Assembly (NCBI GenBank): GCA_015064955.1
Contig: SVRD01000001.1
Span: 75,218 to 139,217, forward strand
DNA: 64,000 bases
Source: Oscillospiraceae bacterium
Lineage (GTDB): Bacteria; Bacillota; Clostridia; Oscillospirales; CAG-382
Reading direction: 5' to 3'
This document shows, in pieces, positions 53,355 through 62,312 of this stretch. A program made the position numbers and the translations under genes. The stretch's first letter is position 1; every line of letters starts with the position of its first letter. The notes beneath the pieces were generated by a model that did not search any database, was not told where the DNA came from, and saw only the letters and a program-made list of their open reading frames with translations.

Positions 53355-54323
53355 ATGAAAAACAAAACAATTGCACTCATTACCGCGGTCAGCATCACTG
53401 TTGCGGCGTTGCTTCTCACAGCAGGTCTTTCGCTTTTGAACGGCGCGGCGATAAACGAAGCTCCCATTCCCGAAACAGATTCGTTTCCCGCTGTTCCCAA
53501 CGACGAGGGCCCCGTTACAGATGACGAGATCTTTATCGACGGCGCGCCCGAAGCAGACGAGCCGATTGAAGACTCTCCCGTTATCGAAGATACCGAAAAA
53601 ACCGAAGAACCCGAGCTTCCCTCTGCCGAGGAAGGTCCGTTCCCCGATGACGAGATATTTGTAGATCCCGCACCCGATGCAGAGGATTACGTTCCCGCAG
53701 TCGATGCAAACGGCAACCCCATTTTCCCGCCCAGCGAGGAATGCAAGGAAATTCTTGTCGAGGGCAATTCTCTGCCCTGCTACCGCTACGACGTTGTGGT
53801 TCAGATATACGAGCACGCAACCGGTAAGCTTCTCGGTCAGGTGACTGTTCGTGACGATCAGGCTTGGGAAGATATCAACCAGCTTCACCTCGATATTTAC
53901 AAAAACGGCCACCGTGTTTACGACCCCGACGACAAGGACGCTGTTCCCGTAGCTATCCCCAACGGCAAATACAGAATCGAGGTTTACGGCATCTGGTATG
54001 CCGACAGCAGCGGATGCGGAAGCCTCTTCTTCGCGTATACCTACGGCGATAACGAGTTTATCGAAATGTGGAAGCACGGTATACTCTACACCGGCTGTGC
54101 CGAATTTATCGCTTATACCGATGCACTTATCGCAGATGAGATCGCCGCTATCGAAGCAGGCACAAACACAGTCCCCACTCTCGAAGAGGACGTGACTTAT
54201 ATCTGCGGCTTCAGCGGAGAAATGGTAAGCAGAACCGCATTCAAGTGGAACGGCGATTACCACAAGGTTCACGAAGCGAGCCGCGGCACCCCGAGATTCC
54301 CTTATATCGAAACAGAAGAATAA
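53355..54323 (+). CDS. hypothetical membrane-anchored/secreted acidic protein
   Basis: 322 aa from ATG 53355 (RBS AAGGAGG). N-terminal TM/signal KTIALITAVSITVAALLLTAGL, an Asp/Glu/Pro-rich region with an internal 20-aa repeat, and a Cys-containing C-terminal domain. I recognise no family. Terminator downstream. Confidence 0.6.
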   Translation: MKNKTIALITAVSITVAALLLTAGLSLLNGAAINEAPIPETDSFPAVPNDEGPVTDDEIFIDGAPEADEPIEDSPVIEDTEKTEEPELPSAEEGPFPDDEIFVDPAPDAEDYVPAVDANGNPIFPPSEECKEILVEGNSLPCYRYDVVVQIYEHATGKLLGQVTVRDDQAWEDINQLHLDIYKNGHRVYDPDDKDAVPVAIPNGKYRIEVYGIWYADSSGCGSLFFAYTYGDNEFIEMWKHGILYTGCAEFIAYTDALIADEIAAIEAGTNTVPTLEEDVTYICGFSGEMVSRTAFKWNGDYHKVHEASRGTPRFPYIETEE

Positions 54324-54334
54324 TTTCGCAAAAC

Positions 54335-54362
54335 AAAAAGCCTCCGAAAAGGAGGCTTTTTA
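54335..54362 (+). terminator. rho-independent terminator
   Basis: AAAAAGCCTCC-GAAAA-GGAGGCTTTTT. Confidence 0.8.
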
Positions 54363-54372
54363 TAAGGATGTT

Positions 54373-54410
54373 AAAAAACCGACAGATAATAAATCCGTCG
54401 GTTTTTTGTT
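54373..54410. terminator. bidirectional terminator
   Basis: ACCGAC (54378-54383) / GTCGGT (54397-54402), flanked by A6 and T6 runs, between convergent genes. Confidence 0.6.
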
Positions 54411-54424
54411 AGGCTGCTTGGGGT

Positions 54425-54946
54425 TTATTGCTTCATATTCTTTATTCCGTACGCAGATATCAATCCACCCGCAATAAATAGTACTAACAAAATAATAAAA
54501 AACCAGAGTGTATCTGTTCCGATCAGAAAACCGATCAATCCTTCAAAATACCATCTTCCAATAAGTGCTCCCCAAGGATTCAACGCCGAACAGATGACAA
54601 AGACTATAATCCCTATAAGTGATACTCCTAAAATAATGGCACCTAAATAAACACATAATTTGTATGTAGCAACGCTGCGTGACATTAGTTTAGTATGTGA
54701 GTTCCTTTCTTCTAAATCAGAGTTGTTGCAAGGGGGATCATTATTGAATTGTGTTCCTTTGATCAAAAAGTCAGTAGACACAGCAAAAAAATCGCTTAGT
54801 CGCACAAGATAATCGAGGTCAGGTGTTGATTGATTAAGCTCCCATTTTGAGATTGTTTGTCTTGTTAAGCCAAGTTCTGCAGCCAGCTGCTCTTGGGATA
54901 AACCTTTCGCTTTCCTCAAGTTAGATAGTGTTTCGCCAAATGCCAT
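54425..54946 (-). CDS. XRE family helix-turn-helix transcriptional regulator with C-terminal transmembrane segments
   Basis: 173 aa. The canonical HTH_3 start is LSNLRKAKGLSQEQLAAELGLTRQTISKWELNQSTPDLDYLVRLSDFF. Three hydrophobic helices occupy the C-terminal half. Hand counts give about 35% GC. Confidence 0.8.
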   Translation of the reverse strand: MAFGETLSNLRKAKGLSQEQLAAELGLTRQTISKWELNQSTPDLDYLVRLSDFFAVSTDFLIKGTQFNNDPPCNNSDLEERNSHTKLMSRSVATYKLCVYLGAIILGVSLIGIIVFVICSALNPWGALIGRWYFEGLIGFLIGTDTLWFFIILLVLFIAGGLISAYGIKNMKQ

Positions 54947-55023
54947 AAGAGAACCTCCATTCTATAGTGTGATTGAATTATACCACAAATCCTCATTGCA
55001 ATCCACCAACAAGCAAAGGAATT

Positions 55024-55044
55024 TCCGCAACGAATCGTTGCGGA
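55024..55044. promoter_or_regulatory. perfect 21-bp palindrome (10+1+10), candidate operator
   Basis: TCCGCAACGA-A-TCGTTGCGGA, 78-98 bp upstream of the XRE gene start codon. A 1-nt centre argues for a dsDNA protein-binding site rather than an RNA hairpin. Confidence 0.4.
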
Positions 55045-55091
55045 GTATAGACTCTTACTTATCAAACTGTTTCAGAAGAAGAACCGGCATC

Positions 55092-55110
55092 GCATTTGTA
55101 CTACAAATGC
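55092..55110. promoter_or_regulatory. perfect 19-bp palindrome (9+1+9), candidate operator
   Basis: GCATTTGTA-C-TACAAATGC in the same low-GC spacer. Confidence 0.35.
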
Positions 55111-55236
55111 TTTGTTGGGCTATGTCTATACCCATTTTATAATAACACAACAATAGATATTGTTCAAGTTTTATTCCGACTTCGTCGGAGTGATATTCTT
55201 TTGGGAAGTCTCGCAAAGGAGGTTTTTCTTATTCTG

Positions 55237-56295
55237 TTAATTATCCGACGCTTCGATGACGCCGCCGCCGAGAAGAACATCGCCGTCGTAAAAGACAGCC
55301 GACTGTCCGGGAGTAACGGCGCGCACCGGCTCCGACACCTCGACAAGCATTTTCCCGTCGGATACAGGAGTCAGCCTTGCCGAAACAAACGGCGCACGGT
55401 AACGTATGCGAACTTCGCAATCAATAGGCGCTGTCGGATGATCGATCGCCGAGAAGTTCACGTTTCTGACTGTAAATCGGTTTGTAAACAAGTCGGAATT
55501 GCTTCCGAGAATAACTCTGTTTTTCGCCATATCGCGCCCGATAACGTAAAGCGGCTCTTTATACGCGATTCCCAAACCCTTTCGCTGACCGATAGTATAG
55601 CATCTTTGTCCCGAATGTCTGCCGAGAATGCTTCCGTCCTTGTGAACGAAATCGCCGACGCGGTCGGTATTTCCGACAACACGGTCAAGAAACGCGCGGT
55701 AATCGCCGTCGGGGATAAAGCAGATATCCTGACTGTCGCTCTTGCTTGCCGCGGGGATACCGAAGCTGTGCGCAAGCTCGCGGACCTCTTTTTTCGTATA
55801 TTCGCCGAGCGGAGCGATAAAGCGCGAAATCTGCTCGCTGCTCAACTGCCAAAGCATATAGCTTTGATCCTTGTCCTCGTCTGAAGCACGCGCGACAACA
55901 CGTCTTCCGCCGTATTCCTTTATTCTTACGTAATGACCGGTCGCATAATAATCCGCACCGTTTGCAAATGCATATTCGGCAAGGGCACCGAACTTTATAA
56001 ATCTGTTGCAAACAACGCAGGGGTTCGGTGTTTCGCCGTTTGCATAAGCGTTTATAAAATCGCCGACAACGGAATTATAGAATTCCGGAGAAAGGTCGAC
56101 TGTGTGGTGGCGCACCGACATTGATTCGCAAAGCTTTCTCGCATCGTCAGCCTCGCAAAAGCTCGATTCGGGAACAAGCTCGCGCCCGAACGGGATCATC
56201 GTAACGCCCTCGACCTCATAACCCTTTTCCTTTAAAAGCGCAAGCGCAGTCGCACTGTCGACACCGCCGCTTACCGCAACAAAGCATTTTTTCAT
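55237..56295 (-). CDS. mnmA: tRNA 2-thiouridine(34) synthase
   Basis: 352 aa from Met 56295 (RBS AAAGGAGG): MKKCFVAVSGGVDSATALALLKEKGYEVEGVTM carries the PP-loop SGGVDS. Confidence 0.95.
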   Translation of the reverse strand: MKKCFVAVSGGVDSATALALLKEKGYEVEGVTMIPFGRELVPESSFCEADDARKLCESMSVRHHTVDLSPEFYNSVVGDFINAYANGETPNPCVVCNRFIKFGALAEYAFANGADYYATGHYVRIKEYGGRRVVARASDEDKDQSYMLWQLSSEQISRFIAPLGEYTKKEVRELAHSFGIPAASKSDSQDICFIPDGDYRAFLDRVVGNTDRVGDFVHKDGSILGRHSGQRCYTIGQRKGLGIAYKEPLYVIGRDMAKNRVILGSNSDLFTNRFTVRNVNFSAIDHPTAPIDCEVRIRYRAPFVSARLTPVSDGKMLVEVSEPVRAVTPGQSAVFYDGDVLLGGGVIEASDN

Positions 56296-56419
56296 TGACC
56301 ACGCCTCCTTTTCTATGTATTTTAGCACACGCAAGTCCATATTACAACCGTTTTTTGTCATAATAATCGCCAAAGACGAGTATTCTATATCGAACAACAG
56401 TCAAAAGGAAGGGCTTTTT

Positions 56420-57685
56420 ATGAAGAAAACGATACTAACCGTCATCGCGCTTTTGATGTGTCTTGCGCTCGTGTCCTGCCAAGGCGGGCAAGAGCAGGAG
56501 CAAGAAGATATTCCGCCTGCGTTCAGTCTGCTTCAAAGACAAACAACGCTTTCCAAGCACAGCCAAAAGGGTGAAAGCGCAAGCTTTTCGAGCAGCGAGC
56601 TCGAAAGCCTGCTCGGCGAAAAGCCGACTTGTATAACGATTACCGAATTGCCCGAAAAGCAAAGCGGAACGCTCGTATTCAACGGTGTCGCGGTGACAAA
56701 GGGGCAAACTCTGCCCGTGCGCTCGCTCGAATATCTTAAATTCCTGCCGAACAACGAGACCGAAAGCGTATTTTTCAGCTTTACCTGCGACAGCGAGAGC
56801 TACAAGGGCACTCCGCTTCGCTGCGAGATAGTGTTCGGCGATGGTATTAATTCGCCTCCCGTTGCGCTCGACAGCGCCATCAGCACTGTCGCGGGGATAT
56901 CCTGCAGCGGAAGCCTTTCGATAAACGAGCCGAACGGCGACGAATACAAGGTGAACGTGATAACCTACCCCACCGATGGGTTTATTGAGATCGGCGAAAC
57001 CGGCGATATCGTCTATACTCCAAACAGCGATTTTTCGGGTAACGACAGCTTGGTATATACAGTTACCGACAAATTCGGAGCGGTTTCACAAAGGGCAACG
57101 CTCAGTATCAAGGTTGAGGAAAACGAAAGCGGAATCTGCTTTGCCGATATGGCAGACAACGAAAACCACCTCTATGCCCACCGAATGTGCCGTGACAATA
57201 TTATGGTCTACCGCTACGAAGACGGTGAATACCGCTTCGACCCCGAGGTAAAGGTAACAAAGGTCGAATTTCTTGTTATGCTTATGGCTTTATCGGGACA
57301 GGACACCGATATTCTCGCGGTTGCCGACAGTGTTATCACCGACGACAACAATCTTTCCTCGGGGCTTAAGGGTTATATTTCGACTGCGGTCGAAAAGGGG
57401 TTTATCAAGCTCGACAACGGAAGCTTTTCGCCAAATGAAAGCATCACTGTCGCCGACGCGGCTTATATGATCGCATCGGTGCTGAAGCTTCCGGGGGTCG
57501 ATTCCGAAAGCGTTTCTTCGGGCGAAAGCGACAAAACCTTCGCCTCGCTTCTTGCAGCGACAAATGCGGGTATCTTTGATACCGCCGAACCGACACAGAC
57601 GATAACAAAATCCGAATGTGCCGAGATACTTTGCAGGATCGACGACTATATGACCGAAAACAATATGAACCGACTCCGCGATTGA
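56420..57685 (+). CDS. lipoprotein with cadherin/Ig-like domain and weak SLH-like C-terminal repeats
   Basis: 421 aa from Met 56420. MKKTILTVIALLMCLALVSC lipobox. An Ig/cadherin-like segment is YPTDGFIEIGETGDIVYTPNSDFSGNDSLVYTVTDKFGAVSQRATLSIKV. The C-terminal FADMADNENHLYAHRM... segments only loosely resemble SLH. Confidence 0.55.
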   Translation: MKKTILTVIALLMCLALVSCQGGQEQEQEDIPPAFSLLQRQTTLSKHSQKGESASFSSSELESLLGEKPTCITITELPEKQSGTLVFNGVAVTKGQTLPVRSLEYLKFLPNNETESVFFSFTCDSESYKGTPLRCEIVFGDGINSPPVALDSAISTVAGISCSGSLSINEPNGDEYKVNVITYPTDGFIEIGETGDIVYTPNSDFSGNDSLVYTVTDKFGAVSQRATLSIKVEENESGICFADMADNENHLYAHRMCRDNIMVYRYEDGEYRFDPEVKVTKVEFLVMLMALSGQDTDILAVADSVITDDNNLSSGLKGYISTAVEKGFIKLDNGSFSPNESITVADAAYMIASVLKLPGVDSESVSSGESDKTFASLLAATNAGIFDTAEPTQTITKSECAEILCRIDDYMTENNMNRLRD

Positions 57686-57761
57686 CAAACTGCGAAACGG
57701 GTGGTATAATCAAATTCGGGCGGTGATACTGCCGCCCGAATCTGTTTCCGAGGCGGTAAAG

Positions 57762-59018
57762 ATGTCCGAATCACGCGGAATTAAAGACAACGGCACAAAA
57801 ATGCCGAAACCGAAAAAGAAAAGCAGGATCCCGAAGACTCTGCTTTTAATACTTCTTTCGTTTATCGCGGTCGCACTCGCCGTCATATTGACAGGCTACG
57901 TCGTGCTGAACGTGTTTATCGACCGTACTCTCGATTATATTTCTTATGACGAAAGCGACAGCGAATGGTCCGGAGTCGATATCGACGCATCGGACTACGA
58001 TAACGAGGATATGGGTATCGATTTTTCAAACTTTTCCGACCCCGAGGAGATCGAAGAATCGCTCCCCGAGATTGATGAAAGCGAAACCGAGCCCGATATT
58101 TCCCACGGCAATATCGACGACGAAAACGATGAAAGCTCCAAAAGCGGCGGAAGCAGCTACGTTCCCGCCCCGCCCGAGCCTCCTTATGAGCCCGATTACG
58201 AGATCATCGAAGGACTTTTCGACGGCGACACAGTAACCGACGCATACGACAAGGACGTTATAAACATACTCCTTCTCGGTGCGGACACCTTGAGCGGCAA
58301 GCGCGCACGAAGCGACACGATGATACTTATGTCGGTGAACAACGTGAAAAAGCGAATCGTTTTCACATCGTTTATGCGCGATATCTACGTTGAGATACCG
58401 GGGTATAAAAACAACCGTCTGAACGCATCGTTTGCGGCAGGCGGACCCGCGTTGCTTATAAAAACGATAAAGAAAAACTTCGATATCGACATTGATTTTT
58501 ATATGATGGTAAGCATAAGCTCGTTTGAGCAGGCTGTCGACGTTATCGGCGGTATCGATCTGACCGTTAACGAAACCAATTACAACTATTTCAAAACTTG
58601 GGAGGGAATCTCCGGTCTTTCCGAGGCGGAAGCCACCAACGGCTCGCACACTGTGCATCTCACCGGCGGAAAGGCGCTCGGATATGCGCGGAGCCGTAAT
58701 TACTCCAACGGTGACTTTACCCGTACACTTCACCAGCGCGATCTGCTTATGCAAATGGCGATGAACTGCAAGAATAAATCGCTCACACAGCTTCACGATC
58801 TTATAAAGGCTGTTCTTCCCTACGTTTCGACAAATATCCCAAAGGCTACTCTTAAATCTATGGTATGGAACGTGTTGACCTACGTTTCCTATAACATTAC
58901 CGACGCAAGATGCCCCTGCCCCGGCTCGTTTGAATATGCCCGCATCGACGGCAGAGAGGTGCTTGTCGTAAACAAGGAAGCAAACAAAAAATACATCAAG
59001 GCAAAAATCTACGGGTAA
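57762..59018 (+). CDS. LCP (LytR-CpsA-Psr) family cell wall polymer ligase
   Basis: 418 aa from ATG 57762. N-terminal TM helix, an acidic linker, then NILLLGADTLSGKRARSDTMILMSVN...RDIYVEIPGYKNNRLNASFAAGGPALLIKTI is the canonical LCP core. Confidence 0.85.
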   Translation: MSESRGIKDNGTKMPKPKKKSRIPKTLLLILLSFIAVALAVILTGYVVLNVFIDRTLDYISYDESDSEWSGVDIDASDYDNEDMGIDFSNFSDPEEIEESLPEIDESETEPDISHGNIDDENDESSKSGGSSYVPAPPEPPYEPDYEIIEGLFDGDTVTDAYDKDVINILLLGADTLSGKRARSDTMILMSVNNVKKRIVFTSFMRDIYVEIPGYKNNRLNASFAAGGPALLIKTIKKNFDIDIDFYMMVSISSFEQAVDVIGGIDLTVNETNYNYFKTWEGISGLSEAEATNGSHTVHLTGGKALGYARSRNYSNGDFTRTLHQRDLLMQMAMNCKNKSLTQLHDLIKAVLPYVSTNIPKATLKSMVWNVLTYVSYNITDARCPCPGSFEYARIDGREVLVVNKEANKKYIKAKIYG

Positions 59019-59045
59019 AACAAGCTCCCGAATTTATGCTGTATA

Positions 59046-59084
59046 AAAACAAGCTCAGAGCCAAAACGACTCTGAGCTTTTGTT
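59046..59084. terminator. bidirectional terminator
   Basis: AAGCTCAGAG (59051-59060) / CTCTGAGCTT (59070-59079), with an A-run and a T-run, between convergent genes. Confidence 0.8.
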
Positions 59085-61784
59085 TTATTCCAATCCGATT
59101 ATATAATCTATCGCCTTGATCAACGCGGGAGTGATATTTTCATAAATCACGGTTTTTTCATCGTTAATATCCTGCTTCAAAAGCTTCAATGCTTCGCAAA
59201 GCTCGGAAAAATCGGCATACTCACCCTCGTCAATACTGTCTATGACACCGCGGAGCGATTCGATATGACTATCGTCAACGCCATCATAGAATCTAAGTGC
59301 ATAGCACAAATTGTTGATACGTCCGAAAAGGAATTTTTTGCTTTCTTCGATAAGTAATCCGTCCTCGGTATCGGTGGGTATCGCTTGGTTTCTGAACGAT
59401 TTGAGAAACACGTCGTTGTATCCGCAGGTGGCGATATAGCGGAGCGTGAACACCGATACCCCCTCGGCGATAAGCTCGCAGGGCATTATCAGCTGCTCGG
59501 AAATCGATTGTCCGCTTGCCTTGACATAGGTTCCGACACCGAGAATAAGATCGGTATATTCGGTAATCGGAAGCATTTTTTCGGCATAAGAAAGCTGATA
59601 TTCGGTGGTGTTGCCATAGATCATCGGATAGATCGCGTCGCAATAGCCGTTTTCAGCCCATTTCTCGACGTCCTGGTAAACGTATATCTGTCTGTCGCGG
59701 TAATCGGCAAAGCAGGTGAAGCTTACGTTCAGGCTTTCGTCGATCGACTTTACCGTTTGGTAAAAGCGCTTTTGGTAATCGGAAATGATGTTTCTGCGGT
59801 ATTCGCACCACTTTTCCCAAAGCGGATCGGATATTTTCATTGTCGTCGGGTCCTTGCCGTAAGCCTTTTTAAAGCCCGAAATCGTTTCCTCGTTATATCC
59901 GAAATCCTCGTAATTGTGCTCCTGATAATAATACGGCAGGGGATAACGCATATAGTCCGCCTGAACGCCGTAGATATCGTATTTGCTTGCTATTTCGCTG
60001 ATAACGGCGAGATTGAATTCCTGAACTGCCTTATCGGCAGGATTCAAGGTTATCACCTTGTCGGGACCGATCGTTCTGCCCTTGTTGGTGAGCAGATACT
60101 TGTCCTTGTATATCGACATATAGTGATCTTTCGGATACACAACGTCGGAAAGACCGCTCGAAAATGCGTTTACCATAACGATAAGCCGTATTCCCTCTCT
60201 GTTGCAGGAATCCGAAAATGCTTTGATAAGGTCGATATCCTTCAGCTGAGGAAGCTTTACGATTCCCTCGACCTCGCTGTCGTAAACTCCGAAGCCTGCG
60301 GCGAGATTGTCGATAATAAGGGTGTTTATACCCAAAAGCTTTGCGTATTTGACCGAATGGTCGACGTCGGCTTGAGTCTTGTAATGCAAAAGTATGCTTC
60401 CGTCGTAGTTATGCTCGCCGAGTGTCACCCAAGCGGCTCTGTCCTGAAGCGTGATGCTCGGGATAAGCTCGGTCTTTGCCTTGTCAATACGTGCGCGGAG
60501 CTTTTTTACCTGCTCGGCAATAATATTTCCGTCAAAGCCGTAATATTCGCCCTCACCCTCAACACCGAGCTCGGACTCGCATACCGAGATACATTCGGAT
60601 ATCTCGGATATTAAAACACCGATATCCTCGAAATTGATATATTCCAATCTGTCGACCGAATCCTTGTATGCCTGCATCAATGCATCGCGCTCTTTTATAA
60701 GGCGTGCAAGCTCGGTAAGCGGTGTTCTGATGATATATATGCTTCTCGTTCCGCCCAAGCACGCCTCTGCCTCGTTCACAGCAGCTTCCGCAAGCCTGAC
60801 CGCCGCATCTCCGCTCGCCGAAATCACAAATCCGCCCTCGGGTATTTTGTTGATTCCGTTGCTTTCGGTATAGACCGCTTCTATCCTTCCGATATCGTTT
60901 ACCGCTATCTCGGTGAGATTTGTTCCGACGGGAGTTGTGCTTTGATCATTTCCGGTAAAGATGATGATTCCGTTTTCCAAACGGCTTCTGTCCTTTCCGC
61001 TGTATCCGAATCTTGTGAGACTGTAAAGATCATCGCGGTTGTCGATCAATTCAACACTGTCGCCGACCTTTACCTTGCGCAGCTTTCGCTCGCAGGCGCT
61101 GTTCTCCCCGACGGTGAGAACGTATCCGTTTTTTGGAATAGATATCCCCGCGACGTCGTCGCCCGACGGATTTATCTCGATAACCTTGCCGTCGGAAACT
61201 GCAATTTCGGTGCAATATATATTACTCATCGTGTTGCCGGTATACCAATATTCATTGTAAAGCCAACCGGTATCCTCGGCGGTGCGTGTTTCGTTTTCGT
61301 GGCCGATCTCTATTGTGATATCGCCGAATCTGACAAATCTGCCCGAAAGATTTTCAATATCAACGGCATCGCACTCGACACTGTCACCGACGTTGATTTT
61401 CACCTCGCCGACGTTGCGGAATCTTATAACATAGCCGTTTTCGGGAATAACCGCCGTTTCGCCGTTTTCAAAAACCGCAACAACTATACCGTCGATAACA
61501 GCCGCATCGAAAAAGCTTTTATCGTTATCGTCGATTTTGGGAGCACTGACCTTTTCGCCCTCGCGGGTGTAGATATAAATTCCGTCCTCGGTGAGAGTCG
61601 AATCGACTTTATCGCGCAGAAGATGCTCTTCTTCCCCGATGATTATCTTTATTCCGTCGGTCCCGCCCGATTCCTCGGGCGGCTCAAACGAGCTTTCTGT
61701 GCTTTCTCCGCAGGAAACAGCCAACGGAAGCATCATAACGGCAATAAGCATTGATGCCGCACGGCGCAAAAATCCGCCCTTCAT
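59085..61784 (-). CDS. lipoprotein with glycosyl hydrolase-like 10 (GHL10/DUF187, YngK-type) C-terminal domain
   Basis: 899 aa. Lipobox LPLAVSC and RBS AGGAGG. The N-terminal half has three repeats ending in IPENGYVI / IPKNGYVL / IPEGGFVI. The C-terminal TIM-barrel-like part (INTLIIDN...LIVMVNAF...YGVQADYMRYP) matches my memory of the GHL10 family. Confidence 0.65.
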   Translation of the reverse strand: MKGGFLRRAASMLIAVMMLPLAVSCGESTESSFEPPEESGGTDGIKIIIGEEEHLLRDKVDSTLTEDGIYIYTREGEKVSAPKIDDNDKSFFDAAVIDGIVVAVFENGETAVIPENGYVIRFRNVGEVKINVGDSVECDAVDIENLSGRFVRFGDITIEIGHENETRTAEDTGWLYNEYWYTGNTMSNIYCTEIAVSDGKVIEINPSGDDVAGISIPKNGYVLTVGENSACERKLRKVKVGDSVELIDNRDDLYSLTRFGYSGKDRSRLENGIIIFTGNDQSTTPVGTNLTEIAVNDIGRIEAVYTESNGINKIPEGGFVISASGDAAVRLAEAAVNEAEACLGGTRSIYIIRTPLTELARLIKERDALMQAYKDSVDRLEYINFEDIGVLISEISECISVCESELGVEGEGEYYGFDGNIIAEQVKKLRARIDKAKTELIPSITLQDRAAWVTLGEHNYDGSILLHYKTQADVDHSVKYAKLLGINTLIIDNLAAGFGVYDSEVEGIVKLPQLKDIDLIKAFSDSCNREGIRLIVMVNAFSSGLSDVVYPKDHYMSIYKDKYLLTNKGRTIGPDKVITLNPADKAVQEFNLAVISEIASKYDIYGVQADYMRYPLPYYYQEHNYEDFGYNEETISGFKKAYGKDPTTMKISDPLWEKWCEYRRNIISDYQKRFYQTVKSIDESLNVSFTCFADYRDRQIYVYQDVEKWAENGYCDAIYPMIYGNTTEYQLSYAEKMLPITEYTDLILGVGTYVKASGQSISEQLIMPCELIAEGVSVFTLRYIATCGYNDVFLKSFRNQAIPTDTEDGLLIEESKKFLFGRINNLCYALRFYDGVDDSHIESLRGVIDSIDEGEYADFSELCEALKLLKQDINDEKTVIYENITPALIKAIDYIIGLE

Positions 61785-61794
61785 CGTCCGCCTC

Positions 61795-62310
61795 CTATTT
61801 GTAAATTATCGGTTGTGTTCTCGGAAGCGGCTCGGGAAGCTCGCAATTCCGATAACCGAGAATACAGTTTCCGATACCGATATATTCATCGGGAACACCG
61901 AGTGAGCGCGCAAGCTCTCTGCCGGAATCGGATTCAAAAACCTCTTTCGCACGGTGTATCCAGCAGGAATCTATCCCGAGCGAGAACGCCGCGTTCATCA
62001 GATTCGCCATCGCGCAGGAGCCATCCTCAACCGTTGTTGTGCGGTTGCGGTCGGCAAACACAATTATAACCGTGCCCGCATTGTAAAACGGGTCGCTGTC
62101 GCCGCCCATAACGGCGGCGTTCATTTTTGAAATCTTGTCGCGGAGCTTTTTATCGGTAACGACGAGGAAAAGAGTATCTCTCGAATTTCTTCCCGTCGGC
62201 GCATAAAGCCCTGCCTGAAGTATAGTGTCAATATCCTCGCGGGAAACCGGCTTGTCGCAGAAGCTTCTGATGCTTCTGCGTGTTGTCAACGTTTTTATGG
62301 TTTCGTTCAT
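61795..62310 (-). CDS. nitroreductase family protein
   Basis: 171 aa. TRRSIRSFCDKPVSREDIDTILQAGLYAPTGRNS is the typical nitroreductase start. RBS GGAGGAA. Confidence 0.85.
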   Translation of the reverse strand: MNETIKTLTTRRSIRSFCDKPVSREDIDTILQAGLYAPTGRNSRDTLFLVVTDKKLRDKISKMNAAVMGGDSDPFYNAGTVIIVFADRNRTTTVEDGSCAMANLMNAAFSLGIDSCWIHRAKEVFESDSGRELARSLGVPDEYIGIGNCILGYRNCELPEPLPRTQPIIYK

Positions 62311-62312
62311 TA

